From positions 160,001 to 224,000 of the forward strand of contig CAWCKW010000003.1 of NCBI GenBank assembly GCA_963796285.1: a stretch of 64,000 nt of DNA, given 5' to 3'. Source of the stretch: Nitrospirota bacterium (lineage in GTDB: Bacteria; Nitrospirota; UBA9217). The notes under the pieces were generated by a model that was given only the letters and a program-made list of their open reading frames with translations, was not told the DNA's origin and searched no databases. Within the stretch, counting starts at the first letter, position 1. Each line of letters opens with the position of its first letter. The position numbers and the translations under genes were made by a program. Positions 44,355 through 54,796 of this stretch are shown piece by piece.

Positions 44355-44885
44355 TTACTTCGGAGCCGACAACTTCTTGAGGGCCTCCCTGGCCGAGTCG
44401 GCACCAGGTCCACTCGGCGCCAGTTCAAGATAGCGATTGAACTCCTGTATGGCCTCTGCTTTCCTGTTCAGATCAAAACCCAGCACCACGCCGAGATTGA
44501 GGTGTCCATTCGGAAATTTCGGGTCGATCTTGAGCGCCTTCCGGTACTGCTCCGCTGCCTTGTCGAATTTTCCGATCCCGCGATAGCAGGTCCCCTGGTC
44601 GACCAGTACGGCCACGTTCTTTGGCTCAAGGGCGAGCGCTTTTTCATAGGGATCCACAGCCTCGCCAAAGCGCTGCGCATCCATCAAGGCATTGCCGAGA
44701 TCGATCCAGGCCTTCGCATTCTTTGGCGCCATCTTTGCCGCCTGCTCCATCTGGTCGAGCTGCAATTGCGCCGGCGGTGCCGCTGGCGCATAATTTAGCT
44801 GCTGCTGTTTCTCCTCCTGCTTCTTGCACCCGATGGCCATAAGCATCATGAACGACACGACCGCAACAACAACGATTTTTTTCAT
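44355..44885 (-). CDS. TPR-repeat lipoprotein
   Basis: Lipobox AIGC and three to four TPR motifs (AWIDLGNALM, YEKALALEP, YRKALKIDP). Confidence 0.88.
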   Translation of the reverse strand: MKKIVVVAVVSFMMLMAIGCKKQEEKQQQLNYAPAAPPAQLQLDQMEQAAKMAPKNAKAWIDLGNALMDAQRFGEAVDPYEKALALEPKNVAVLVDQGTCYRGIGKFDKAAEQYRKALKIDPKFPNGHLNLGVVLGFDLNRKAEAIQEFNRYLELAPSGPGADSAREALKKLSAPK

Positions 44886-44962
44886 GCTTCCTCCTTGCCA
44901 CAGTTATATTGCCTCCCATCAAGGGAGAAGAATTACTATGATAGTGCCTGATGTTCCCTGGC

Positions 44963-45280
44963 TTATCTCTTGACGAACGAACAGCAGTAATCGCTCAGCC
45001 TTTTTACTTTCATCGTGAATTTGGAATTGGCGGCCACTGCAAAGGACTCGCCGCCCTTGACCGTCAGCCAATTCTTCTCTCCCGGCAGGAGGACGTCAAG
45101 CTCGCCGGACATGATCTCCATAATCTCCTTGTCAGTCGTGCTGAACTCGTAAACGCCGGGCTGCATCACGCCGAGGGTCTTTTTTGAACCGTCGGGAAAG
45201 ACCACGGTCCTGCTGGTCACCTTGCCGTCGAAATAGACATTTCCTTTTTTGATCACGGTTACGTTCTTAAATTCGGACAT
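44963..45280 (-). CDS. ppnP: pyrimidine/purine nucleoside phosphorylase (YaiE/DUF1255)
   Basis: [35 protein letters not shown]. Confidence 0.92.
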   Translation of the reverse strand: MSEFKNVTVIKKGNVYFDGKVTSRTVVFPDGSKKTLGVMQPGVYEFSTTDKEIMEIMSGELDVLLPGEKNWLTVKGGESFAVAANSKFTMKVKRLSDYCCSFVKR

Positions 45281-45540
45281 TGAACCCCCTTTTCAGCCAC
45301 CGATGAATGCTTATAGGATACTATCGATGTTCTCTGGGCAGTTTTGTACCACGTTCTCCTGATTTTGTATAGTATTTTTTACCTGCATCGTCCGTCCCAG
45401 CACCCGGGATTCGATGGATTTCGTGATCCCGTCCTACAGACCCCTGGGGAAGGAAAACGTCGTTGCTGACGTTTACGCAGTTTCTATTGCAGCCAAAACT
45501 AATTATCCTCTCGTGACAAATCTCTCTTGTTTCCCGGAGA

Positions 45541-46458
45541 TTATTTTCGGGGCGACGCTTTTTCAAGGGATGCAGGGCGAATGAACTTTTCGAGCCCTTC
45601 ACGGAACCCTATGGGCTCTATGTTGAAAGCGTCCCGTATGTCGCGCATGGTGCAGACCGTGTCTTCCTGCAGCATGATGAGCTGGTCCGTGGTCACCGGC
45701 GATTTCGGCAGCACGGCTTTGAGTACCGCTGCCATGGACTTCATGAAGAAGAGCGGCAGGTGCAGGGTGGGCCGCTTCACTCCCATGGCATCGGCGATCG
45801 CAACGGTGACTTCCTCGTAGGTCAGCTGGTCCGGCCCGCCGATCTCGTAGATCTCGTTCAAACAGCAATCGCTCGTCACGGCTTTCACGATGCACGTCGC
45901 GACATCGTCGATGAAGATCGGCTGAACCTTTGACTTGCCCGACCCGATGATGGGCAGGACCGGCGATAACCGGATCATCTCCGACAGCCTGATCGTGAAC
46001 TGGTCGCCGGGACCGTAGATGAGCGACGGGCGAAGGATGGTGAAGGAGATCCCGCTCGCGCGCACGAGTTCCTCTGCCGCCCACTTGGACTTGTGATATT
46101 CGCTCTTGGCGTTGGGCCGGGTGCCAAGGGCGCTCTGGTAAAAGAAGTGGCGCACACCGTTCTTTCTCGCCGCATCAAGAAGGTTCCGCGTGCCGTCAAC
46201 ATGCACACTCTGGAATGTCGCGCCCGCGGCCTCCTGGATGATGCCCACGAGATGGACAATGCGCTCAACGCCGATTGTCGCCTTCTCAAGCGAGGCAGGG
46301 TCCGACACATCTCCTTTGACGACATCCACCCCGAGGTCTTTGAGAGCCCGGGCCCTGCCCGGGTCCCTGACGATCGCCCGCACAGGAATGCCCTCCTGAC
46401 GCATGCGCTTGATCAGGTGACTGCCAACGAATCCCGTGCCGCCGGTTACGAGTATCAT
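45541..46458 (-). CDS. NDUFA9-like NAD(P)-dependent epimerase/SDR
   Basis: VTGGTGFVG, SALG, YHKSK, RPSLIYG, QPIFIDDVA. Confidence 0.9.
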   Translation of the reverse strand: MILVTGGTGFVGSHLIKRMRQEGIPVRAIVRDPGRARALKDLGVDVVKGDVSDPASLEKATIGVERIVHLVGIIQEAAGATFQSVHVDGTRNLLDAARKNGVRHFFYQSALGTRPNAKSEYHKSKWAAEELVRASGISFTILRPSLIYGPGDQFTIRLSEMIRLSPVLPIIGSGKSKVQPIFIDDVATCIVKAVTSDCCLNEIYEIGGPDQLTYEEVTVAIADAMGVKRPTLHLPLFFMKSMAAVLKAVLPKSPVTTDQLIMLQEDTVCTMRDIRDAFNIEPIGFREGLEKFIRPASLEKASPRK

Positions 46459-46692
46459 AGAGAACCCCCGTGAACGTCATTTTTTCGAGGCAAAGGAAGA
46501 CAGGAAGAGATCGCCGATGTTACCGTTTCAAAACCACACAGGCCTGTTTCATCATACATTAAGCAAAACCGGACCGAACGTCATTCTTTGACGGGATTAA
46601 AGCATAACGATGGATAAAAACTTACATCAATTCCTGTTGACCCTGTTATCCCGTCTGAAAAGGTTTTGCTTTTTCAGTTCTCATATGAACAA

Positions 46693-49599
46693 TTAAAACA
46701 ACGACGGCATCCAGAGCGACACATAGACTTGCGACTCGCCTTTGTCGTCAAATCCGTGTGCAAATACGATTCGGAACGTGATCGGGAGATAGTATGTCAG
46801 GTTTGTGTCGAGCCGGACCTCGGCGCCGGCAGATCGTTTGAAATCCCTGCTGCGGAAAGCGTTGTCCCAGGCGTTGCCGGCTTCGGCAAATATCGCACCG
46901 TGGACGCGGCGTAAAAAGATGGGAGCGCTGCTCCAGCCCAGCTCGATGTCCTTGATCGGGAACCGGTACTCGAGGCTTGCGAGACCTGCCTTTCTACCCC
47001 GAAATTCATTGATCCGGTAGCCGCGCAAATAGACCGACTCGTCATCAACCTGTATTAACGTGTCACCAGGATTATCGCCGCCGACTTGAAACGCACCCTG
47101 GGGCATCACATCCCCGGCCGAGTTCCCGGCAAAGGCCCGGACCTGGAGTACGTGGTGTTTCCAGGGAAAGTTGATGTACTCATGCCAGTCTGCCGTATAC
47201 TTGGTGATGTCGAAATCGCTGCCGATTGATTTATCGTAACGTGTATACCCTACTTCGATGGTCCTGCCGTCCTCCGGGCTGATGGAAAAACCATACTTTT
47301 TTGCGTTGTTGAAGAGATAAACGGCTCGGCCCGACGCCAGAGTGCCCTCGGAGGGAAGGGGACCGCTGTAACCCGGCCAGGGCGGGAGCTTGGTAAGCGC
47401 TGAAATTTCTTTCCTCCGGTACCCGATGAGCAGCTCGTGCTGTTTCTGCAACTTGAGCAGGGGAAACACGAGCGATGCATCAAGGGTCTTCTCACGCTGC
47501 ACATAATCCTTTGACCCGGTCGCATCGATCAGCAGATCGCTGAACGTACCATCCACATCCGATGCCGCGACCTGGATGGTCGGGTACAGCCCGTCATAGG
47601 CATAATTGAACTCATACCACGTGCGGTATGTTTTGGGGCTGTAGAGGCCGGCCAATGAATAGGAGTGGCGTTCGACCGCGTCCTGGCCGAACGTCAGAAA
47701 CCCGAAAAGCCAGCGGCTTTCTTCACTATACCCGTACCAGGGAATCCAGAAGCGCGGGACAAGCGTAGGGAAGGGATTATACGTGCTCGTTTTCATTTCA
47801 ACCGGTTTCTCTGCATAGGTGACGACAGGATGCCGGTCCTGGTAGGGTTCCGCCGATTTCCACGAAGCGGAGTCCGCAGGTCTCAGGTGAATGTCATATC
47901 CTGCGGAGCTGTATGACGAGAAAATGAGCGTTTTTCCGTCCGGCGAGGGGGCGGGCGTGAATGCGCCGCCAAGTACATTCGTTATCTGGTAGATCTTCTT
48001 TGTTGCAAGTTCAAGGCGTAGAGGTTGAAAATGCCGGTACGGTCCGAGGAGAAATAGATGATCTTGCCATCGGGACTCCACGTAGCGTTGCCGTCGATCG
48101 CGCGGTCGTGCATCAGTTCTTCGATCTTGTTTCCCCGATTGTCGAGGACCCAGATATCCTTGTAGCCGCCCGGCTGCCATACGCCCATAACGATCATGGG
48201 CCCCATCCGGACTGTACCGCGGCGTTTCATATTGGTCCGCGCTCTCTTCAGTAAGCCAGGTGATGTCCTTTTCGCGCGCCGGCCCGTGGAGCTTTCCGTG
48301 GTAATATCGAGCGAGCGCGAGCCGGTTCCTGCCGAGCTGGTTCATTACAAAGATGAGCTTCTTGCCGTCCGGCGAAGGATAGGGGTCGCGGGCGCGGAGC
48401 CCATCAGTAATGCGTAGTTCCTTGTTCTTCTTCAGATCGAAATAATAAATATCGTTATAGATGTTCGTGTTCCTGACGGTAATCGAATTTTGGTATAGTA
48501 AATACCGCTGCCATCGGGGCTCCACGCGATGCTTTCACCCGAGGAGGTCGAGGAGGTCGTGTTCTCGACCAGCTTGCGGTCTCCGGTTCCGTCCGCGTTC
48601 ATGATATAGATGGCGGGGAATTCGTCATCATTTGAGACAGCATAGGCGATGCTCTTCCCATCAGGTGAGAAAGCAGGCGAGACGTTCACGTACCCGCGCC
48701 GGGTAAGGGCAAGCGAAGCCGTCAGGCCTTTTGCGTTCAATTCCTCCTGCATTTTTGTCGTAGCGTACCTTCAGCTCGTTTTGCCATTCGTCCCAGAGGT
48801 CGCTGTACCACTCGCCCAGCGTCCAGCGACCATTCGTATCCACAAGCCAGGGAATGCCGTAACCTGCTGTAGCGCCTGGAAATGTCGGCGAGCTTTTCCC
48901 TTCCGTACTTATCCGCGATAAAGCGGGTAAAGCCTTCGCCGAAGAGGTAGGGGACCTCGCCCGAGGGCCAGAAATCGGGGAAGACCGTGGCCTGGGAGAG
49001 GCGCGGGAACCGGTCCTCGAGCACTGCCATGCGAATGATCATCTCCGATCCGGGCGAACGGCCGCGGCCACCGGGGGTTTGCTCGGTCTCCTCGTACACG
49101 GCAAGCCCTTCGATCATCCAGATGGGCTCGAAGAGGTTCGGAAAGTAGAGTCGGCCAAAGATATACTGGAGAAAATCGGTACAGCCGTGGACCATGTCGA
49201 GATGAAGAATGTGCGTGTACTCGTGCGTGATGAGCGTCCGCATCCACTCGTCGTAAGCCGTAGTTCCGAAACCCGGAGCGCCGATGGGCGGCGTGAGGAT
49301 ACAGCGTAATATGGTTATAGGGAAACGGCGTGGTCAGATCCGTTCGTATCATCCATGGCGTCGACAAGGACCGATGGCGTCCTGCCGGTCGGGTCCCACT
49401 TGATGCGCGGGACGAGCCGATCATGCACGTCCTCGGCGATCACCGCAGTTCGCTTCGCGATCTCCTCTTCACCCTGGTGATAGTGGATGGAAAAGTGCGG
49501 GGTCTCGAGCGTGGTCCAGGTGAACGAGGGGTCGAACTTGGCGAAAGCAGGCGAGATGCTGAACAGGAGAACCAAGAAGAGGAATACAATCTTTTTCAA
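46693..49599 (-). CDS. Omp85/BamA-family protein with N-terminal HEXXH peptidase-like domain and TolB/PD40 propeller, multiple frameshifts
   Basis: Signal peptide, LETPHFSIHY, ITHEYTHILH, WMIEGLAVYEE, repeated SPDG motifs, C-terminal LRGY...SLEYRFP, FAEAGNAW, SAGAEVR. Confidence 0.82.
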
Positions 49600-49659
49600 G
49601 GGGGCCCTCCGAAACAGGATTTGAACAACACCAAAATCATATCAGACCCCGATTCGAAG

Positions 49660-50394
49660 TCAAGGGAATAGTTTCGGTGTTCCTGTTGTACTGACAGCCT
49701 GTTTTGCCACATCCCGCCTGATCTGGTACCGTCCGACAAGGATGACCGCCGCGGCGCAAGCGATCTCGACAGAATAGAGGATCAGCGGTGTCGGCGTGAT
49801 GAACCGGCTGATGATCGGATCGGTCATGATCATCTGGCCGCCGATCTTGCCGAGGAGGGCGGCGCCGATGTAGATGATGATCGGATAGTTGTCCATGAGC
49901 CTGGAGATCAGAGTGCTGGTGAACACAATGAAGGGGATGCTCAGCCCCAGGCCGAAGAGGAGGAGAAAGAAATTCCCGTTCGAGGCCGCGCCCACGGCCA
50001 GCATATTGTCGAGGGCCATGGTGATGTCGGCGATCACGATCAGCCGGATGGCGTGCCACAACGTGACAGCCTCCTTATGGATGTCCACTGCTTCTTCGTC
50101 TTCGACAAAGAGCTTGATGGCGATCCAAACGATGACGATGCCGCCGATGAGCTTGACGTAGCTGACGGTGAGCATTTGCGCAACGAAAAAGGTCAGCACG
50201 ACCCGAAGCAGCACGGCCGCGATCGAGCCGTAGATGATGCCTTTCCCGCGTTGTTCCTTTGGGAGCGTTCGCACGGCCATGGCGATGACCACGGCGTTGT
50301 CGCCGGCCAGGAGGAGATCGATGAGGACGATGCTGAAAAGAGAAGAGAGAAAGGCCCAGTCCCACTGGATCGTGCCGAGTACTTCGAAATTCAA
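49660..50394 (-). CDS. TerC family (YjbE-like) membrane protein
   Basis: IDLLLAGDNAVVIAMA, IADITMALDNMLAVG; probable TTG start at 50394 with SD agggag. Confidence 0.92.
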   Translation of the reverse strand: MNFEVLGTIQWDWAFLSSLFSIVLIDLLLAGDNAVVIAMAVRTLPKEQRGKGIIYGSIAAVLLRVVLTFFVAQMLTVSYVKLIGGIVIVWIAIKLFVEDEEAVDIHKEAVTLWHAIRLIVIADITMALDNMLAVGAASNGNFFLLLFGLGLSIPFIVFTSTLISRLMDNYPIIIYIGAALLGKIGGQMIMTDPIISRFITPTPLILYSVEIACAAAVILVGRYQIRRDVAKQAVSTTGTPKLFP

Positions 50395-50418
50395 GTGCTG
50401 CTCCCTGGAGAAAAAATG

Positions 50419-50442
50419 ATGGGAAGGCACGTGCCTTCCCAT
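50419..50442. promoter_or_regulatory. perfect 24-bp palindrome in the terC leader (operator or attenuator candidate)
   Basis: ATGGGAAGGCACGTGCCTTCCCAT between a TATACT -10 and the SD, followed by T6 on the minus strand. Confidence 0.5.
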
Positions 50443-50512
50443 GTTGTGTCATGAGTATACCACCGACAATGGCTTTTTGACTACGGCTATCTGGTGTTCA
50501 TCAAACAATGCA

Positions 50513-51208
50513 TTATCGGGATCGATGATCGAGTGAAGCGGAGTCCGTCGTCTTCTGCAGGTCCACGATCTTTTTTCTGACATCCTGTGCCCGGATGTCA
50601 GCCCCAATCCCCATGAAGAAGAGCATCACGCCGATCAGTCCGAAGACCACCCATGCCCTCGTGAACTCGATCCCGTGTACCGTTCTGCTGATCAGGACGT
50701 AGAGGTACGTGAGCAGGGCAACGGACACCACGAGGCCCGCGTAGGGGATGGCCAGGAGCAGCGTCGTGATCGGCATGAACGCCGCGAGATAGGCCACGCA
50801 GCAGTAGGCGGTCTCGTAGGATTCACGGGACCCCATTATTTTCCAGACGGCAAACACGAGACCGGCGCCGGCAAAACCGAGTACGGCATAGGCCAGAGGA
50901 TAGAGCATGATTGAGGCGATCGCCATCCCGGTGCTCAGGATCGGGGTGTGCGAAAGCTCGGCGAATGGATAGAGAACAATGGATACCATCATCATGCCGG
51001 TGCTGAAGATGGGGTTCGATGCCACGTCGAACAGGCCGAGCGCGGCGGTGACCAGTCCGTTGATCACGCCCATCATCACCATGAACGCAAGCGGCAGGGA
51101 AAAACCTCCGCTCTTCGGCATCTCCCGAAAGAACGCTGCCGGAGATGTTATGACCTTGACCGCAGTTTGCATGAGCGCCGTAACCGTAACAGACGTTTTC
51201 TTCTCCAT
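50513..51208 (-). CDS. Yip1 family membrane protein
   Basis: VITSPAAFFREM, GSRESYETAY..VAY, AIPYAG, multiple TMs; SD ggagg. Confidence 0.82.
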   Translation of the reverse strand: MEKKTSVTVTALMQTAVKVITSPAAFFREMPKSGGFSLPLAFMVMMGVINGLVTAALGLFDVASNPIFSTGMMMVSIVLYPFAELSHTPILSTGMAIASIMLYPLAYAVLGFAGAGLVFAVWKIMGSRESYETAYCCVAYLAAFMPITTLLLAIPYAGLVVSVALLTYLYVLISRTVHGIEFTRAWVVFGLIGVMLFFMGIGADIRAQDVRKKIVDLQKTTDSASLDHRSR

Positions 51209-51666
51209 AACGATTCCTCCCCTGAGTATTATTGCGCACTGATACAGATCGCGCTGAGATGGATACGTGAAAAAAATAGCCGTACGATGAACCTGGAGCC
51301 GCTGCCGGTAAGAACAGGTTGCTTGTCAGGATCGTGGTGCCTGGTTCCGACCGTATGAATCTGTCGAGAGAAAAAAATACAGACCGCCAGTCCGTGGCGT
51401 AATGCCAGCCAGAATTCACTACTGTCTTCCGTTTATTACGTGCGTATACGTTCCTTCTATCCTCAATTGATATCGAACCGGTTCCTTGCGTGCTGAAAAC
51501 AGTGTAGTTCCATGGCAAATCCGCCGCATCATATCATCTCACGTGAACAGGAACAATCCTTGCCGACGTCACATTATACTCTAAATGCGTATTGATTAAA
51601 AAAAATTTTCAACAATAACATGTCGTTATGTCTATTTATAACTTTACAAGTTATGAAGTTAGGTCT

Positions 51667-54366
51667 TTAGATGGGTCGACGTGTTCTTCGTCTCTTGATC
51701 ATTTTCTCGATCTCGACAGCGATGAACACGACCGATGACAGGAGCAGAACGAACGCGAGTTCCACGGGCGTAAGCGGCTGGGTCTTGAAGATGGGATTTA
51801 AGAAAGGAACATAGATGGTGGCCAGTTGAAGGACCAGCGTTATCAAGACGCTCAGAAAGAGCGTTTTGTTCGTAAATATCCCCTGCGAAAAAAGTGATTC
51901 TTTCTCGGAGCGGATAGCCATTACGTGGCCCATCTGCGTGAGGCAGAGCACGGTGAAGACCATGGTCTGCCAGTGGGCGTCGCCGGAATGGATTGCCCAT
52001 GCCTGGAGCGACAGTGTGACCCCTCCCATGAGCAGTCCCACCCAGATCGCGTGGATGCCGAGTCCATGGGCAAAGAGGCTTTCCTGCGGCTTGCGCGGCG
52101 GCCGCTTCATCACGTCCCCTTCCTCCGGCTCCACGGACAGGGCCAGCGCCGGAAGGCCGTCGGTCACGAGGTTGATCCAGAGGATATGGATCGGCAGGAG
52201 CGGGATCGGGAGGCCTAGAAAGGGCGCCAGGAAGAGGGTCCAGATCTCGCCTGAGTTCGTGGTGAGCAGGTACTTGATGAACTTGCGGATGTTGTCGTAG
52301 ATGCGCCTCCCCTCTTTCACGGCCATCACGATGGTGGAGAAGTTGTCGTCCAGCAGGATCATGGCCGACGCCTGCTTGGCCACATCCGTACCCGTGATGC
52401 CCATGGCCACACCGATGTCGGCGCGCTTGAGCGCCGGCGCGTCGTTCACCCCGTCGCCGGTCATGGCCACGAAATGCCCCTTGTCCTGGAGCGCCTGGAC
52501 GATCTTCAACTTCTGTTCCGGCGCTACCCGCGCGTACACACGGATGGACTCGACGCGCTGTTCGAACGCCTCAAGCGAGAGGGCCTCGAGCTCAACACCG
52601 GTGATGACCGCCGCAGGGTCATCGTTCTCGAGGATGCCCACCCGTTTCGCGATGGTCCTCGCGGTCAGGGGGTGGTCTCCGGTGATCATGACCGGGATGA
52701 TGCCGGCGCTTTTGCAAAGCGAGACGGACTCCTTTGCCTCTTCCCGCGGAGGGTCCATCATGCCCATGAGGCCGAGGAGGACCAGACCTGTCTCGGCGTT
52801 CTCAGAAGACAGGTCCGACGGGACAGCTTCCCAGCCCCGCATCCCGATGGCCAGGACCCGGAGCCCGTCCGCCGCCATCTGGTCGCTGATCGATTGCATC
52901 TTCCTGGCATCAAGGTCCTGCATCCCTCGTGATGTCAGGACGCCTGCTGATCGTTCGAGCACAACCTCCACCGCACCCTTGGTGAAGGAGATATACGCAC
53001 CGCTTATCACTGATGCCTGGCCCCTGACCCCTGATTCCGGCATCGCATGGAACGTGGTCATGAGTTTTCGCTCGGAATCAAAGGGGAGCTCCGCAGTGCG
53101 GGGATAGACGGCCTCCAGTTCCTGCTTTCTGAATCCATGGTCGCGCGCAGCAATAAAGAGCGCGGCTTCGGTGGGGTCTCCGGTCACTTCTCCCGACGTG
53201 TCCTGGCGTGCATCAGTGGAGAGGGCCAGGGCGGTCATAAAGAACGATTTCGGATTGCGGATTGCTGCTTGCGGATTAACAGCTTCTTTGCCCGTTTCAT
53301 TCCGCAATCCGAAATTCGAATTCCGCACTGCATTCCCATCCACCCACATCTCCTCCACCGTCATTCTGTTCAGGGTGAGCGTTCCGGTCTTGTCCGTGCA
53401 GATGTAGGTGACCGATCCGAGCGTTTCGACAGCCGGAAGTTTGCGCACCAGGGCATTCCGTTTCACCATCTTGCGTGCGCCGAGGGCAAGGGCGATGGTG
53501 ACCACTGCGGGCAGGGCTTCGGGAATGGCGGCAACGGCGAGGCTTACGGCCACGAGGAACATCCTGACGGGCTCCTCTTCCCTCATCAGGCCCGCGGCAA
53601 AAACGATGGCGCAGATGGCGAGCACGGCATAGGCGAGTTTTTTGCCGAACGCAGCGAGCCGCTTCTGGAGCGGCGTCTTTCCCTCTTCCTCGCCCTGAAT
53701 CATGGCCGCGATCCGGCCCAGCTCGGTGTCCATACCCGTTGCCGTCACCATGCCGATGCCCCGGCCGTAGGTCACGATCGTGCCCTTGTAGAGCATGTTC
53801 TTCCGGTCGCCAAGGGCAAGTGGCTCCTGCTTGATCGTCTCGGGGTGCTTTTCCACGGGGAGCGATTCTCCCGTCAACGCGGCCTCTTCGATCCGGAGCC
53901 GGACCGACTCGATGACCCGCATGTCTGCGGGCACGATCCTGCCGGCCTCAAGGACCACGATATCGCCGGGCACCAGCTCAGATGCCGCGATGGTCTGATG
54001 CTCGTTGTCGCGGAGCACGACGGCAAGCGAGGCCGTCATCTTTTTGAGCGCCTCCATTGCCTTTTCCGCGCGGTACTCCTGCGTGAACCCGAGCACGGCG
54101 TTCAGGAGAACGATCACGATGATGGCCGCCGTATCAACCGGCTCGCCGATGACCCCGGAGATCACCGCCGCCGCGATCAGGACCAGGATCATGAAGTCCT
54201 TGAACTGGTCAAGGAACAGCAACAGGGGTGTCTTCTTCTTTTTTTCGACAAGCTCATTGGGGCCGTGCAATTCGAGGCGGACCTGTGCCTCTTCCGAGGT
54301 CAGACCCTGGAGGGAGGATCTCAGTTCAACAATGGTTTCTGCAACACTGCGTTGGTAGGGATACAC
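51667..54366 (-). CDS. P2A-type (Ca2+/Mn2+-like) cation-transporting ATPase
   Basis: LTGES, AIPEALP, DKTGTLT, MITGD, TGDGVNDAP, WINLVTD. Confidence 0.95.
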   Translation of the reverse strand: MYPYQRSVAETIVELRSSLQGLTSEEAQVRLELHGPNELVEKKKKTPLLLFLDQFKDFMILVLIAAAVISGVIGEPVDTAAIIVIVLLNAVLGFTQEYRAEKAMEALKKMTASLAVVLRDNEHQTIAASELVPGDIVVLEAGRIVPADMRVIESVRLRIEEAALTGESLPVEKHPETIKQEPLALGDRKNMLYKGTIVTYGRGIGMVTATGMDTELGRIAAMIQGEEEGKTPLQKRLAAFGKKLAYAVLAICAIVFAAGLMREEEPVRMFLVAVSLAVAAIPEALPAVVTIALALGARKMVKRNALVRKLPAVETLGSVTYICTDKTGTLTLNRMTVEEMWVDGNAVRNSNFGLRNETGKEAVNPQAAIRNPKSFFMTALALSTDARQDTSGEVTGDPTEAALFIAARDHGFRKQELEAVYPRTAELPFDSERKLMTTFHAMPESGVRGQASVISGAYISFTKGAVEVVLERSAGVLTSRGMQDLDARKMQSISDQMAADGLRVLAIGMRGWEAVPSDLSSENAETGLVLLGLMGMMDPPREEAKESVSLCKSAGIIPVMITGDHPLTARTIAKRVGILENDDPAAVITGVELEALSLEAFEQRVESIRVYARVAPEQKLKIVQALQDKGHFVAMTGDGVNDAPALKRADIGVAMGITGTDVAKQASAMILLDDNFSTIVMAVKEGRRIYDNIRKFIKYLLTTNSGEIWTLFLAPFLGLPIPLLPIHILWINLVTDGLPALALSVEPEEGDVMKRPPRKPQESLFAHGLGIHAIWVGLLMGGVTLSLQAWAIHSGDAHWQTMVFTVLCLTQMGHVMAIRSEKESLFSQGIFTNKTLFLSVLITLVLQLATIYVPFLNPIFKTQPLTPVELAFVLLLSSVVFIAVEIEKMIKRRRTRRPI
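53004..53040. repeat. heptamer tract in frame within the ATPase
   Basis: ttatcac tgatgcc tggcccc tgacccc tgattcc; encodes ESGVRGQASVI. Confidence 0.65.
53246..53330. repeat. two-armed heptamer palindrome in frame within the ATPase
   Basis: gatttcg gattgcg gattgct gcttgcg / attccgc aatccga aattcga attccgc; encodes VRNSNFGLRN...NPQAAIRNPKS. Confidence 0.8.
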
Positions 54367-54587
54367 GCGTTTTTCTCCTCGCGCCTCTCGCGCAATAGAG
54401 CAGGATGAACAGGTACGACAGAAGCCGACATACGGCGAAGCCCGCGGGCACGGGAACTGCGCCCGTTTTCTTTGAACATATCATTAATTCCCGTGTATGT
54501 AAAGGCAGGCGAGGAGGTCCGGCCCAGGAATACAAGTACACCATCGGGCAAACGGAGGAGAAACATTAAACCAGGAAGGAGGAAAAC

Positions 54588-54630
54588 AAAGAGGCAGCAG
54601 GATCACTACTTTCCCTGCTGCCTCTTTTTA
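54588..54630. terminator. intrinsic terminator after the Met-rich operon
   Basis: aaagaggcagcagg ... cctgctgcctcttttt. Confidence 0.75.
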
Positions 54631-54643
54631 TCTCTTTCATTTA

Positions 54644-54784
54644 TTATTGGAACGGCACAACCGGCGGCTGATCTTCTCCACATAGATGCATTCCCTGCAT
54701 CAAATGCATTCCGCCGATCAATATCATCACAACCATCACGACTACCACGATACCGATGACGACTTAGGCTCTCTGATTGTCCAT
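54644..54784 (-). pseudogene. small single-TM Met/His peptide gene with an in-frame TAA at codon 7
   Basis: MDNQRA*VVIGIVVVVMVVMILIGGMHLMQGMHLCGEDQPPVVPFQ*; ATG lies 12 nt after the upstream stop, behind gagag. Confidence 0.5.
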
Positions 54785-54796
54785 ATAACTTCTCTC

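Noticed and set aside
45321-45602. 93-aa minus-strand ORF between ppnP and the epimerase
   Set aside because: It overlaps the epimerase end and has no motif or convincing start.
51667-54366. P-type ATPase as the copper exporter of the Met-rich locus
   Set aside because: It has PEALP and WINLVTD (P2A type), no CPC motif or metal-binding domain, and is separated from the locus by a terminator.
54367-54590. yybP-ykoY (Mn) riboswitch upstream of the ATPase or terC
   Set aside because: The conserved GGGGAGUA / CGUC / AGACC elements were not found in either leader.
54686-54770. His-rich plus-strand reading (YHHNHHDYHD)
   Set aside because: It is the antisense image of Val/Met codons of the minus-strand micro-ORF, which has the better operon context.
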